DNA of 45,552 nucleotides, counting the filler, from Jimgerdemannia flammicorona (taxonomy: Eukaryota), in the NCBI GenBank assembly GCA_003990765.1. It is 2 parts of 2 records of this genome, joined end to end, with 100 filler letters (N's around TTAATTAATTAA, not from the genome) between each part and the next. Parts side by side here need not be neighbours in the genome. Positions count along the whole stretch, not along the records: positions 1 to 22,726 come from RBNJ01001212.1; 1 more part is not named here. The stretch is one strand, 5' to 3'. Positions 1 to 11,950 of this stretch are shown here, piece after piece. A program made the position numbers and the translations under genes. Every line of letters begins with the position of its first letter. Within the stretch, counting starts at the first letter, position 1. The notes below the pieces were generated by a model. That model was not told where the DNA came from and ran no database searches. It saw nothing but the letters and a program-made list of their open reading frames with translations.

Positions 1-32
<32 letters not shown>
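1..32. repeat. T-run plus (TTA)n microsatellite at the 3' end of the minus-strand PLE
   Basis: tttttttattattattatta... reads (AAT)n-A7 on the minus strand, directly after the PLE terminal repeat. Confidence 0.8.
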
Positions 33-722
33 AATATATAGATAATAGAGAAAAATGATATAATAAGATGTGATGCTGATACAGCAGATATGAAGGTCAG
101 TTGTAAAAGTCAAGCAAATGGAAACAAAAAGCTTATGTGAATTTTTATACCAAAGCAAGAAAGTAGAATAAAGTATTTTCTGAAGTAAGATGCAATTGAT
201 CTATAATCTGCCCACAGCACTATGATATGTGATGGTCTTTATTTAAATTTGAGAACAAGGTTTGGTTATAAGTATAGATTTAACTTCAAAATTCTAGAAT
301 TAGAATAGTACATAAGTTCCTAGATCATTATCTGATCTAAACAAAAGTCTAAATCAGTCATCATTAATCTATACACATGACAGGCCATTAAAAACCTGAT
401 ATAGAAATAATTGGAAAAAGGTATCATTCACGTAATCAAATGTTATATATATATAAACAATGCCAAAAATAGAACTAGACCAATGATAGTCATGTGTAAG
501 CATGTGATTGTTACTTATAGATTTAAAAACCTAAAAATTATTAGTATCCAAAGGTACAGGCATCAGACCTAGAGCCTTGTGATCAGAGCAGAGTAGAGTC
601 TCAGCACCAGAGTGAGTGAAGCAAGCAGAGATAGACAGGCATCACAGAGCATAGGTATGCAGATATCAGATCTAAAGTCTTATACTGGAAGTTGTCAGGT
701 GATTTTTTATATTTTTAAACAT
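28..722 (-). repeat. PLE terminal repeat (pseudo-LTR), 3' copy
   Basis: About 28-520 is a direct repeat of about 3903-4400. The whole 28-722 is the reverse complement of about 4390-5085. Mismatches are mostly transitions. Confidence 0.85.
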
Positions 723-759
723 TATATGACACATATGGGTAGTACAGTCTCATAGAGGG

Positions 760-3700
760 CTTAAAGTAAAACTGGTATTTGAGATGTATTAAGAACAGTA
801 AAACCATTCTTCCAGACAATGATTGATTGTCAAGCAGTTACAGGGAAATCAAAACAAAGCAAAGTAGTATATAGAGTCTTATCAGACTATTAATGTAGCC
901 ATCAGACCATATCATATTAAATAACAAGCAATAAGAGAGAAAACGTAGAGTAGGGAATAGAGGGATGGGAAATAAGGAGAGAAGTGAGAAGTGAAGTTTG
1001 GACTTCAAGCCAATCAACCAAACTCAATTAAGCAGTTACAACATCAATATGATATCTTTTGTGAATCAGGAATTCAGCCAAAGACTGACACTTATCAAGC
1101 TAATCATGGTGAAATAAGTAGGTAGCAAGCCTCATTCACAATGTATAGATGTAGTATCTTCCTAGGGTAATTACTCAGCCAGTTGACAAACTGTGTACTA
1201 TATAGGAATTTTACAAAACAGCCTATACAGAATGGTGTAACTCAGATTTCCAGATCTAAGTAATAGCATAGTCTAGTGGACAAGACTTTCCATTTGATAT
1301 AATGGTATAGAGGATACATAGCACCAAAAATCAAGGCTAAGTCTATAATTACAGATGTAAAGATAATAAGATCATTAATAAAATGGTAGAACTTTAGCCC
1401 AACAGTAATGGCTTAGCTGAGCAGATGATCAGATGCTTGCAAGCATGCAATTTATGAGCAAAACCAATAAGATTGGTAAGTTTAGAGTACAATTTATACT
1501 TATAGCTATACCAGTTACTGAGTGGAAGGAACTGATGGTAGATGTAAAAGTTGTATGAGTCATGACTATACAGATAAGGCCTAGAATGACTTTGAGTAGC
1601 AAAGAGCCAGGGGGGAAGGCCACTATTGACAAAAAGGTGAGGCAGTCAATGCACTCATCTAGTGTGATCCTGGTGTAAAAGACTGCAAAATCTCCAATAG
1701 TAATGTAGTAACAATCTGATATATCTAGGTAATCTAATTGAACTAATTGTAATAGTTCTAACATATTATATAGAGATAAATATCACAAATAACCTACATT
1801 ATAGTGCAGATGGGCTGACCACAGATAGAGAAAGCAAGATAGAAAATATAAAATCTTAGTTGTAGGAGAGTTAAATACTCCAACAATAGGACACTATACT
1901 ACATGAGCCCCTTTGTATACCTTGGGCAGTGTATGAATTATGGGTAACTTGCAATTGTTGAGCTCTATGAGATATTTCCAAATCAGCATGTAACTTGAAT
2001 TGCTGATGCAGAACTCTAGTAGACCCAGTAAGTCTAACCTCACCAATTCCTTAATGTTATCAATTATAGAGAAATCATTCACATATATAGGATCATGAAG
2101 GAGGGACTGAAGATCAGCAAGATATAGAGTATGTAGAATTATGACAAATCTCAGATTATTGTTAGTAAGATAGACTGTGAAGTCATCATGAGTACAGACA
2201 TCTTTAAGAAGGCATCAGAACTTCTTTGATACAAGTGTGCCAGATACATTCATCATGGGTCAGACAGCTTGATTTAGCACAGCACTTATATAAAGCATAA
2301 TTTGCATATTTTCTATATAGTATAGTAGTTGCTATTTAGATGGCATTCAGACAGAGATCTCTGGAACATTATCAGGATTACTCATAGAGATTCAGAAGGT
2401 GGCAAGATTGAGACACTATTAGAATAATGATAATAAAATCAGATCAATAGTACTGTTCATTGATACTGATCTGGAAAGAACAAACTTAGGGCTAAAGTTC
2501 AGTATATATGAGTTTGGGAGTAAGTTAAGGCAGAGGTATATTGATAACAAAGCCCTCCTTGGTAAATATCTGAAACCAAGTGATAAAAAACTGACTTAAA
2601 CAGGAACTAGGAATAGTAGACATAAAGCCAAAATCCTGAATTGGTATTGAGACTACTACTCTATATAGAATGAAGACATTGGGGCCAAACTATACTATTG
2701 AGAAGTTATATAAGACTTCTAGGCTGGGGACCTCTAGTTTTTTGACACTAGAGAACAGACATCACTGGCATTATATCAGATGACATGATATTTGACAGCA
2801 GTACACTTATTGTACTATGGTACAAAAGCTCTGATGGTGCTCTTAAATGAGCAGCTTGAAGTCAACAAGTGGCTCATACTGGTAGAAGTAGAGGAAATGG
2901 ACTGAAAAGGTGAAGCCTTATATACTTGCTTGACTCCTTTTACAGAACCCTCTAACAAAGTAGAGAATAGGGGGCAAGGACCCCAATGGGCCTTTGTAGG
3001 TACACCAAGATATCTAGAACAGTTGTGGCAGTTCAGCATAGTAGAGACTGAAGTTGCACTCACTATCTTAGTATTTTTCACAGCCCCCACAGACATGGTG
3101 GTCAAGGGTCAGGTGGTGGGGACACTCTTTTTTGGCTGGGTGAAATCAGTGGCAGCAGAAGTAAATGTATATTTGGTATCTAGAGTAATGATCTCAGGGC
3201 ACTTCCTAAGCTTCTCAACTATAACTTTGTGAGTAGTAGCAGTAATTCCTTCTTGAAGAGATAAGGATATAGAGACTGTCAAGCAGACTGCAGTAGTGGC
3301 AGCTTTAGCAGTAGCAGTGGTGATAAGATGGCAAGATTGATGCACAATAATATTAAAACTATGAAGCAGAAATAAGTTTATCTTGGCCCATTCAGTGGTA
3401 GCAAGAGTGGCAATATTTTTGCTAACCCCTTGAGTAGTATTGGCAGGAAGCCCAAAGAAAGCAAGTGCCTCTGTAGATACTTCTATAGCTTTGTTGATTT
3501 TAGTATACTGATTCTTAGTATACTGGGTGGTAGTATTGTTATCATTTGTGGTAGTCTCAATTGTGGCTTTAGTGTAGTACTTAGCTTCTGCAGATGCAGT
3601 AGTAAGAGCAGCACTGTACTGTTTCTCTAGAAGGAGAGCAATTGTAGCAGCAACCTTCTTGGAAGAGGTAAACTTCCAATCAGCAAGTTGGGTCCACAAA

Positions 3701-3894
3701 AAATTAGCATGGTACTCATGCATGGCAGCTACCTCAAGGATACAAAGCACTCTAGTGCAAGCAGTATAGAAGATAACTGGGATCTCAACAGAAGAGGCAG
3801 TCAAATAGTTGGCCAGGTTGTCAAACTTCACCAAGTTAGCAAAGAAAGCAGTAGAGACAGCAGCATCACTATCTATATTTATATTATCTATCAT
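760..3894 (-). pseudogene. Degenerate PLE ORF: long N-terminal region with CxxC-x10-H-x3-C, then a Penelope-type reverse transcriptase; no GIY-YIG domain seen
   Basis: Minus-strand motifs in order: LNFSPKF, LTNNNLRFVII (=ADKNLG), LPIIHTLPKVYK (=P.FYGLPKIHK), CPIVGVFNSPT (=RPIVS..SPT), GDFAVFYTRI (=D..SLYTNI), TGIAIS (=GIAMG), FYHFINDL (=YRYIDD), FVNWLSNYP (=S.HP). Many stops and frameshifts. Confidence 0.8.
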
Positions 3895-3902
3895 GTTGTA
3901 TA

Positions 3903-4400
3903 TTATTAAACATATAGATAATAGAGAAAAATATTATAATAAGATGTGATGCTGAAATGGTAGATATGAAGGTCAGCAGTAAAAGTCAAGTAGATGGAAA
4001 CAAAAAGCTTATGTAAATTTTCAGAATAGAGTAAGAAAGCAGAATAAAGTATTTTCCAAAGCAAGATACAATTGATCTGCAACCTGCCCATAGTACCATA
4101 ATATATGATAATCTTTATTCAAATTTGAGAATAAGGTTTGGTCAGAAGAAGCAAAGAAATTCTAGAATTGGAATGGTGTATAAGTTTCCAGACTATTACC
4201 TGATCTAAACAAAAGTCTGAATCAGTCATTATCAATCTACACATGTGACAGGCCACTAAAAACCCAATATAGAAATAATCAGAAAAAGGTACCAGTCATG
4301 TGATCAAATGTTACATATATATAAACAATGCCAAAAATGGAACTAGACCAATAATAGTCATATATAAATATATGATTGTTACTTATAGGTGTAAAAATAT
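3903..4400 (-). repeat. PLE terminal repeat, 5' copy
   Basis: Direct repeat of 28-520, immediately upstream of the PLE ORF start at 3894. Confidence 0.85.
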
Positions 4401-6775
4401 AAAAAATTGCTGGACAATCTTCAGCACAAGACTCTAGACCTGATGCCTGCACATCTATACTCTGTGATGCTTTCTACCTCTACTCACTTTACTTGCTCTA
4501 GTGTCAAGGCTTTACTCTACTCCAGTTGTGAGGCTCTAGGCCTGATGCCTGCATCTTCAAGTGCTGATGATTTTTAGGGTTTTAAATCTATAAGTGATAA
4601 TCACATACTTATACATGACTATCATTGGTCTAGTTCTGTTTTTGGTATTATTTATATATATATAACATTTGATCATATGACTGGTACCTTTTTCCAATTG
4701 TTTCTATATTAGGTTTTTAATGGTCTATCATGTATATAGATTGAGGATGACCAATTCAGACTTTTGTTTGGATCAGATAATGGTCTAAGAACTTATGCAC
4801 TGTTCTAATTCCAGAATTCTGGGGTTAAATCCATACTTCTTGTGACCAAACCTTATTCTCAAATTTGAATAAAGACTATTACTTATCATGGTACTATAGA
4901 TGGATTGTAGATCAATTGCACCTTGCTTTGGAAAATACTTTATTCTGCTTTCTCACTCTGTTATAAAAATTCACAAAAGCTTTTTATTTCCATCTGCTTG
5001 ACTTTTACCACTAATCTTCATATCTGCTATATCAGTATCATATCTCATTATAACATTTTCCTCTATTATCTATATATTTAATAATATACAATATGATAGA
5101 TAATATGAATGTAGATAGTGATGCTGCCATCTTTATTGCTTTCTTTGCCAACTTGGTGAAGTTCAACAACCTGGCCATCTATTTGGCCATCTCTTCCATT
5201 GAGATCCCAGTTATCTTCTATACTACTTATACTAGAGTACTCCATACTCTCAAGGTAGCTGTCACACATGAGTGCTGTGCTAATTTCTTATGGACCCAAC
5301 TTGCTAATTGGAGGTTTATCCCTTCCAAGAAGGTTGCTGCTGTGATTGCCCTCCTTCTAGAGAAATAGCATGACACTGCTCTTACTACTGTATCTATAGA
5401 AGCTAAGCACTGTGCCAAAGCTGCAATGAAGGCTACCATGAACAATAATATGCTACTGCCTAGCATGCTAAGGATCAGTATACTAAAATCAACAAAGCCA
5501 TAGAAGTATCTATAGAGGTACTTACTTTCTTTAGGCTTCCCACTGATACTACCCAAGGGGTTGGCAAAAATATTACCACCACTGAATAGATTAAGATAAA
5601 CTTATTTCTGCTTCATGGTTTTGACATTATTATATGTATATCAATCTTGCCATCTTACCACTGCCACTACTGCTAAAGCCACTACTACTACAGTCTACCT
5701 AACAGTTCCTATATTCTCATCTCTTCAAGAAGAAATTGTCACTACTACCCACAAAGTTATAGTTGAGGAGCTTGGGAAGTGTCCCAAGATTGTTACTCTG
5801 GGTGCCAAATGCACATTTGCTTCTGCTGCTGCTAGTTCTGCCCAGCCAAAAAAGAGTATCTCCACTACCTGAGCCTTGACTGCTATGCCTGCAGGGGCTG
5901 CAGAAAAGGCTAAGGTGGTGAGTATGACTTTAGCCTCTACTGTACTGAACTGCTGCAACTGTTCTAGATGTCTTGGTGTACCTACAAAGGCCCATCAGAG
6001 TTCTTGCCCCCTATCCTCTGTTTTGTCAGAGGGTTCTGTAAAAGAGGTCAAGTGAGTATGCAAGGCTTTATCTTCTCTATCTATTTTTTTTACTTCTATC
6101 AGTATAAGCTGCTCACCAACTTTGAGCCACTCATCCAAGAGTGCTGCCAGAGCTTTTGTACTACAGTACAATAAGTATACTACTGCCAAATATCATGTTA
6201 TCTAATACAATACCAGTAATGTCTATTCTCTAGTATCAAAAAACTAGAGGTCCCTAGCCTAGAAGTCTTATATAACTTCCCAACAGTACAGTTTGGCCCC
6301 AATGTTCCCATTTTACATTGAGTAGCAGCCTTGACACTAATTCAGGATTTTGCCTTTGTGTCTACTCTTCCTGGTTCCTGTTTAAGTCAGTTTTTCATCT
6401 CTTAGTTTCATATATTTATTGAGGAGGACTTTGTTACCAATATATCTCTGCCTTGGCTTATCCCTGAGCTCATGTATATGTTGAACTTTAGCCCTAAGTT
6501 TGTTCTCCCCAAGTCAGTATTGGTGAATAGTACCATTGATCCAATTTTGTTATCATCATTTCAATAGCATCTCAATCTTACCACCTTCTGGACCTCTATG
6601 GATAATCCCAATAATATCCTGGAGATCTCTGTCTGGGTACTATCTAAATGGCAACTACTACACTATATAGAAAATATACAAATTATACTTCATATAAGTG
6701 CTGTGCTAAATCAAACTATCCAATCTATGATGAATATATCTGGTACACTTATACCAAAGAAGTTCTGATGCCTTC
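4400..6775 (+). repeat. Inverted copy of the pLTR plus the 5' half of the PLE ORF
   Basis: About 4580-6775 is the reverse complement of about 2208-4395. ORF 5093 MIDNMNVDSDAAIF matches ORF 3894 MIDNINIDSDAAVS. Confidence 0.92.
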
Positions 6776-9150
6776 AACTGAGATTTCACTCTTGGCCAGA
6801 CTACTCCTAGTCTTGATAATTCTGATATAGTTCTCTGATAACTTGACTCTAATTTCAGTACTAAGTAGAGTGATGGTCTGTGGTTTAAGGATAGCATCTT
6901 GGATGCTGGCAAGGTCCATTCCTATAGCTCCTTCAGTCTTGTATTCTGAGATCTTGACTTCAGAGTGAAACTTCTTGACCTTGAGAGTGATATCTGGTTC
7001 TTATTCCTCCTTATCGTTGCTATTAGCTTGAAGCTCTGGGGGCAGGTCATCTTCTTCAGCTTTCTTTTTTGCTTGAGCTGCTTCTTGCTTATGCCTTTAT
7101 TGATAGATTTTCTAACTTTACTGATATAGGATCAGCAGTCATTCAGATATTTGGAGTAGTATATTCTAGCACCATAGAGACATCTTTCTTGAGAAGTATA
7201 GCCATTGATGATATTATTATACTACTGCTCATCTGTAAGCTTGATTGTCTTGCTCTTATTCTTATATACCAAGTATATGAAGACTTGTGTCCTCTTTATC
7301 TCCTTCCTCTATATCTGATAGTACTTTTTTATAGACATTGATAGAGACTTATACCTTTTTTATTCTATAGTTAATCTGTATCTTCTGGGCATTGTGGTTA
7401 ATGATAGCCTTGGTCTTATAAAGCTATTAGTTACTAATGAGAATATCATAGTTATTGGTACTTATAACAATTATATCTACTAAGATAGTAGCTTCTCTAA
7501 TCTTGATGGAGACTTCTCAGATCTTGCCTAGAGGGATAGCTTATATACTATCTGCTATGACATAGACCATTTTAGTGGATTCTTCAATATCTTAGCCTAG
7601 GTGGTCAATTGCCTTCTTATTTATGAGATATTCTCTAGCATTAATATCAATGATAGCATCAAAGATACAATCTTCAATCTGATACTATATAGGCTAAGAT
7701 TTTGTACTAATCTTTAAATTCTTTATCTGAGTCTTCTTGTTCATCTTTCTGTATATTGTGAGCTTCTATGATCTTGTACTCTTGGTTTTTAACAGTGGTT
7801 GCAAGTCTTACTCTCAACTGCTATCTGAAGGTAGAGACTTCTGCTAGTTGTTCAAAAGTAGCATTGACCTTCTGTTTCTTGAGATATTTATAGATACATA
7901 TCATACTGATGAACTTTGGTCTTGTACAGCTTCTGTTCTTTCTCACTTTTACTTTCTCCTGAGACTGGAGTAGTGTCTTCAATAATTTGGTAGATAGCTT
8001 TATCTAACTCTATATCTTGATCAATCTCCTCAAGTTGGGTCTTGCTTTGAATAGCGATGGTTGAGGTCTTTTTTTATCTTTCAACTGGCTTGCTATTGCT
8101 CTTCTTATTATAGAGCTTGGACCAGGTTCTGGTATCTTCAGTAACAGGGTAGAATTCAGACTCCTCATAGTATTCTTCATTATCAGTGTCACCAATCTCC
8201 TTGATGACAACAGTATTGGTTTGTTCTCTAGTTCTGGTAGCATCACTTGGTTGGGCTCTGCACTTTGTTTCAGTCATACAATTCTTTGCATAGTGGCCTT
8301 CTTCTCTATATTTGAAGTATATGATGATATATTCCTCTATAGTGGCTACAAACCTCTGCACTAGTCTCCTGTTAGTACTTCATACTTCTCTAACAATATC
8401 ACCAAGATGTGTAGTCATCTTGACAAACTACTGAGTAAGTTTCATTACTGAGTCAGCTTTGGCCATCTTGGGGATAGATGGGGATGGTTGTCTATTGATT
8501 GCTATAGTGGATATAATACTGGTTAGCTTTGATAGCTCTATCTTGATACTAGTTATTCTTTCTATTGAGTATTTGGCAGGGTGTCTGATGGTCCAATATC
8601 TCTATGTAAAGACTACTTTCTGATTAAGGATTAGAGTAGCTGGGGTAGACCAGATTGCTAGAGTGATTTCATAGTGGACTTTTTTTAAAAAGGTTTAATC
8701 AGATATCTATTTCTTGAGAGTATCATCATAGCCAGCTAAGATAATCTAGTAGCAGATTTAGGTATAGAATGAGTTGGAGTCTTTATTGAGTTCTTGGCAG
8801 ATAGTATTATATTGATGTTTGAGAGCTTGCTTGATCTCTTTAGTATAGTATATCATTCTGAGGAAGTTCTTCATATTGATGAGTTTGGCTACACTATTGT
8901 TAGTAATAGTGGCTATATTGAACTTATCTCTGGCAGGTCCTCTGAGGCTGATTGGTAGAAGGACCAATTATGCTTTAATACTGAGAGCTTATATGGTAGC
9001 AAATTGTTCAAAGTCTTTAATGAAGGTCAGAATTGACTCTTCAGTAGTAAATCTATAAAATGTATAGAGATGTATTTCTATCTTATCTTAAATTCTGACA
9101 AAAGGTGACTCTTATAGTCAGGGTAGTTATTGTAGTAGTTGTTCATTTTT
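6771..9150 (-). pseudogene. gag (decayed CCHC knuckle) - aspartic protease - dUTPase N-terminal half
   Basis: EEGHYAKNC (about 8290), AIIDINA (=IDTGA, about 7650), GAIGMDL and KTRSSLAKSEISVEG (6771-6930). Confidence 0.85.
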
Positions 9151-9186
9151 TAGCTTGAAAGTAAGAAATCCTAATAGTATTATCAA

Positions 9187-9200
9187 CCAATAGGCACCAA
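9187..9200 (-). promoter_or_regulatory. Primer-binding-site-like sequence (TGGTGCC...)
   Basis: TGGTGCCTATTGG just after the LTR-terminal CA, identical to the site at about 19439. Confidence 0.7.
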
Positions 9201-9202
9201 GT

Positions 9203-10861
9203 TGTCATGTATATAGTAGATACTAAGTTCTCTAAGTATATCAGTTTCTCTTCAAGATATATCTCTTAAACTAACTATAAGTTTCTTTTAAGCAAATTCT
9301 TATTAGAGTGCCTTTTCAAGATCTTATAGTCCTCAAACTTCTTATCTTTAAACTATTCTATTGTTTCTTGGATTTGCTTACTTAGAATTGAGTAGAGATC
9401 TGGAACTTCTGTGCTCTTGAGTAATTGAGTGCTCAAATGCTTGAATGTTTTGAATACTTGACTACTGACTTTATTTCAAAAGAAATGAGAAGAGTATTTA
9501 TATAAAATATGATTCAATGGTTGCTAAGTTATAAAACTAAATATGAATTCCAATAACCAAATAAATGAGATACTTGAATACAGAAAACTTCAGTTATAAG
9601 TATAAATTTGAGTATGTATATAATTAGTTGTATAAGATTAGAATACTAGAATAATTTCAGTTATATAAAATCAGAATACTGGAATAATTTCTGATGGTTA
9701 TATAAGATCAGAATGTCAGAATAATTCTAATAGTTATATAAAGAACTCAGAGCAGAATGTTCAGAATCCTAGAGACTTCATCTTTATTACTATCATCAAA
9801 GCTAGAGATCAGAGACAGAATATCTTTGAAGGAAATGAGGTTAGTGAATATTTCATTCATTTTATATGTTTTGCATATATCAATTAGTAAGATGATATCA
9901 TCACTAATGATATCATCATATTTGACAACAGCAGTAGTAGTGGTAGTGGGAGAAGCAAGAAGATTAGAGGCTCTCCAATCTATGATATTTTCCTCTACAA
10001 AATAGGAGATAAAGATGGGATCTTAAGAGGGTCAAACCTGGATACTGGGGCCTTAGAATACTGAGATTAATTCTTACAAAAATTGATCTGGGTTGTTCTT
10101 GAGAATAGGATTTCAAAACTCTTCTACCTCATCACTTTTAAGAGTAATGGTAGATTGGACTTTTATAGCCACTATGGCCTTTAGTGTATCTATATAGTAG
10201 GCTGATAATTTCTTGAAGTCTGAGACTCTGGTATACTCCAAGTTAGAGATTGATCAAGGTACATGCCTGAAAATCTGATAGATCTTTTTGACTACTCTCA
10301 ATTTATATACATTCATAGAAATGATATCTTGTATCTCTTAGAGACTGGTCTGAGGGAATTCCTGACAGAGAAGGTTTCTTATTTCATATTTCTATTACAT
10401 CAGAGACATTTGTAGTGATAGTGATCCTTGTTTCTATTTTATAGCAGTAGAGAATAAAGTGATAAGAGTTACTAGTACCCAGGTTGAGGCTAGGAGTCCT
10501 TATAGTATAGGTCCTTATGGCTCTCTTGATATCTTAGAACATCCTTTCTTGAACTGAGAAGCCTTAGTGGTTTCTGGACCTTGAGGTTTAGTAAGTGGCA
10601 AATATTTTGTTTATAGTGAGTTTTTGAACTATTTCAGGATTTTGTGAGTCTTATTTGAATTGCTACTACTGTAGTTCCTTAGTCCTTCTTTTATATTTCT
10701 TGAGATGTCTATCTTATGGTCATGATGACTCATAATTGGTCATCATTGCTCATCTTGTAGCCTGGGTAAGTTATACTGTATAATCTTATACTTCAATATG
10801 ATGGCTTGTAAGAAAAAACTGTCTTTTGTAATGATATTACTATTCTGAGGTCATCATTACA
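9203..10861 (-). repeat. Putative long 5' LTR (~1.66 kb) of Gypsy copy 1
   Basis: Minus strand starts TGTAATG and ends CATGACA (6/7 inverted termini). Adjacent PBS and TATA-like box at about 9500. Beyond 10861 the sequence switches abruptly to hAT-end sequence. Confidence 0.6.
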
Positions 10862-11131
10862 GTTTATATTATATATATATATATCTAGTATATGAGTTAT
10901 ATAGAGAATTCAGATTAGAGGATTCAGATTAAAAAATTTAGATTAAATGATTCAGATTAAGTAATTCAGATTAAGTAATTTAGATTAAGTAATTTAGATT
11001 GAGTAATTCAGATTAAGTAATTTAGATTAATTCAAGTTGATTCAGATTATTTTAAATTTGAGATTTGGGTTAAACTGTTATATAATAAATTGAATTCAGA
11101 TTTAATTTAAAACAACTTATTTAGAGTACTT
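10862..11131. mobile_element. Remnant right end of an hAT copy (same family as 11176-17702)
   Basis: Aligns with about 17325-17702, including (gattcagatt)-type subterminal repeats and the decayed TIR ttagagtact. Confidence 0.8.
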
Positions 11132-11634
11132 GTTATAACTATAGTTGATATATTTTTTTCTTATTCTCATCATCCTAGTGCTCTGAATAGATGGAGTTGA
11201 TCTGAATGAGATTTGATTCAGATTCATCATGTGATGGATTTGAATCAACTCAGATTGGTCTCATGATCTGATTCAGATTGATCTGGATTGATCCAGATTG
11301 AAATCTTTAGTGACATCACCCTTTCTTTTGTTCATTTTGCTCTTATTTTTTTTCCTGCTACACTTTGGTGACATCACTCTTTCCTTTTGTTTCCTCTCTT
11401 CTTTTGTTCTTTTCTTTGTTCTTTTTCTTTGTTCTTTTTCTTTATTCTTTCCTGCCATATTCAAGAGCAAACAAAACAGCAGCTCTTAATTTGTACATTG
11501 GTCCAGTCTACTCATTTTTACCCTGCAATAATCATCAAAAGAGAGAGTATTTAAGGTGGAAACACACTTTCTGCTAACAATGTTAGATTCTTTCTCATAT
11601 GGGCAGCATACAAGCTACTCATTAAGAGCTAAAG

Positions 11635-11760
11635 GGGTGATAGTGGTGGTGATGGCAGTGGTGATGGTAATGGCAATGGCAGTGGTGATGGTAGTGATGA
11701 TAGTGGTAGTGACGGTAATAGTGATAGTGGTGGTGATGGTGGTAGCAATGGTAGAGATGA
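11635..11760. repeat. Degenerate (GTG/ATG)n trinucleotide repeat
   Basis: gtggtggtgatggcagtggtgatg... Confidence 0.85.
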
Positions 11761-11950
11761 GAGAGAATTCTAGCAACAACTCATGGCGGTCCTTCAGATC
11801 TTGAAATTCACAGATCTCACAGCTATGTATATGGTAGTCATTTTAGAGTAGCTGATAGTAGATATAGGTTACTCACTCAGCCACTACTTATTTACTTGTA
11901 TTTATTTAAATTTTCCCAGTATGACCCAATTCACCTTATGCTTTTCTTAG

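Larger units (their letters stand above)
28..6775 (-). mobile_element. Penelope-like retroelement with a 3' pLTR and an inverted 5' partial duplication
   Basis: PLE-type RT motifs, direct and inverted terminal repeats, and no LTR, integrase or APE features. Confidence 0.8.
6771..10861 (-). mobile_element. Truncated Ty3/Gypsy LTR retrotransposon (copy 1): LTR-PBS-gag-protease-partial dUTPase
   Basis: Collinear homology with 18970-21800, same PBS-like acttggtgcctattgg, cut inside the dUTPase by the PLE. Confidence 0.85.

Noticed and set aside
4571..4580. TTTAGGG telomere-like motif in the pLTR
   Set aside because: Single occurrence, not conserved in the copy at about 525-535
4400..4800. Hammerhead ribozyme expected in the PLE pseudo-LTR (CTGATGA at about 4564)
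   Set aside because: No convincing stem II plus GAAA could be built by eye; decay prevents a call
10905..11050. Regular short repeats resembling a CRISPR array or telomere (also 17375-17600)
   Set aside because: No unique spacers and no cas genes; these are hAT subterminal repeats
11273..11804. Lys-rich, Phe-rich and Val/Met-rich short ORFs
   Set aside because: Translations of low-complexity tracts and microsatellite, although part could be a decayed first exon of the cargo gene
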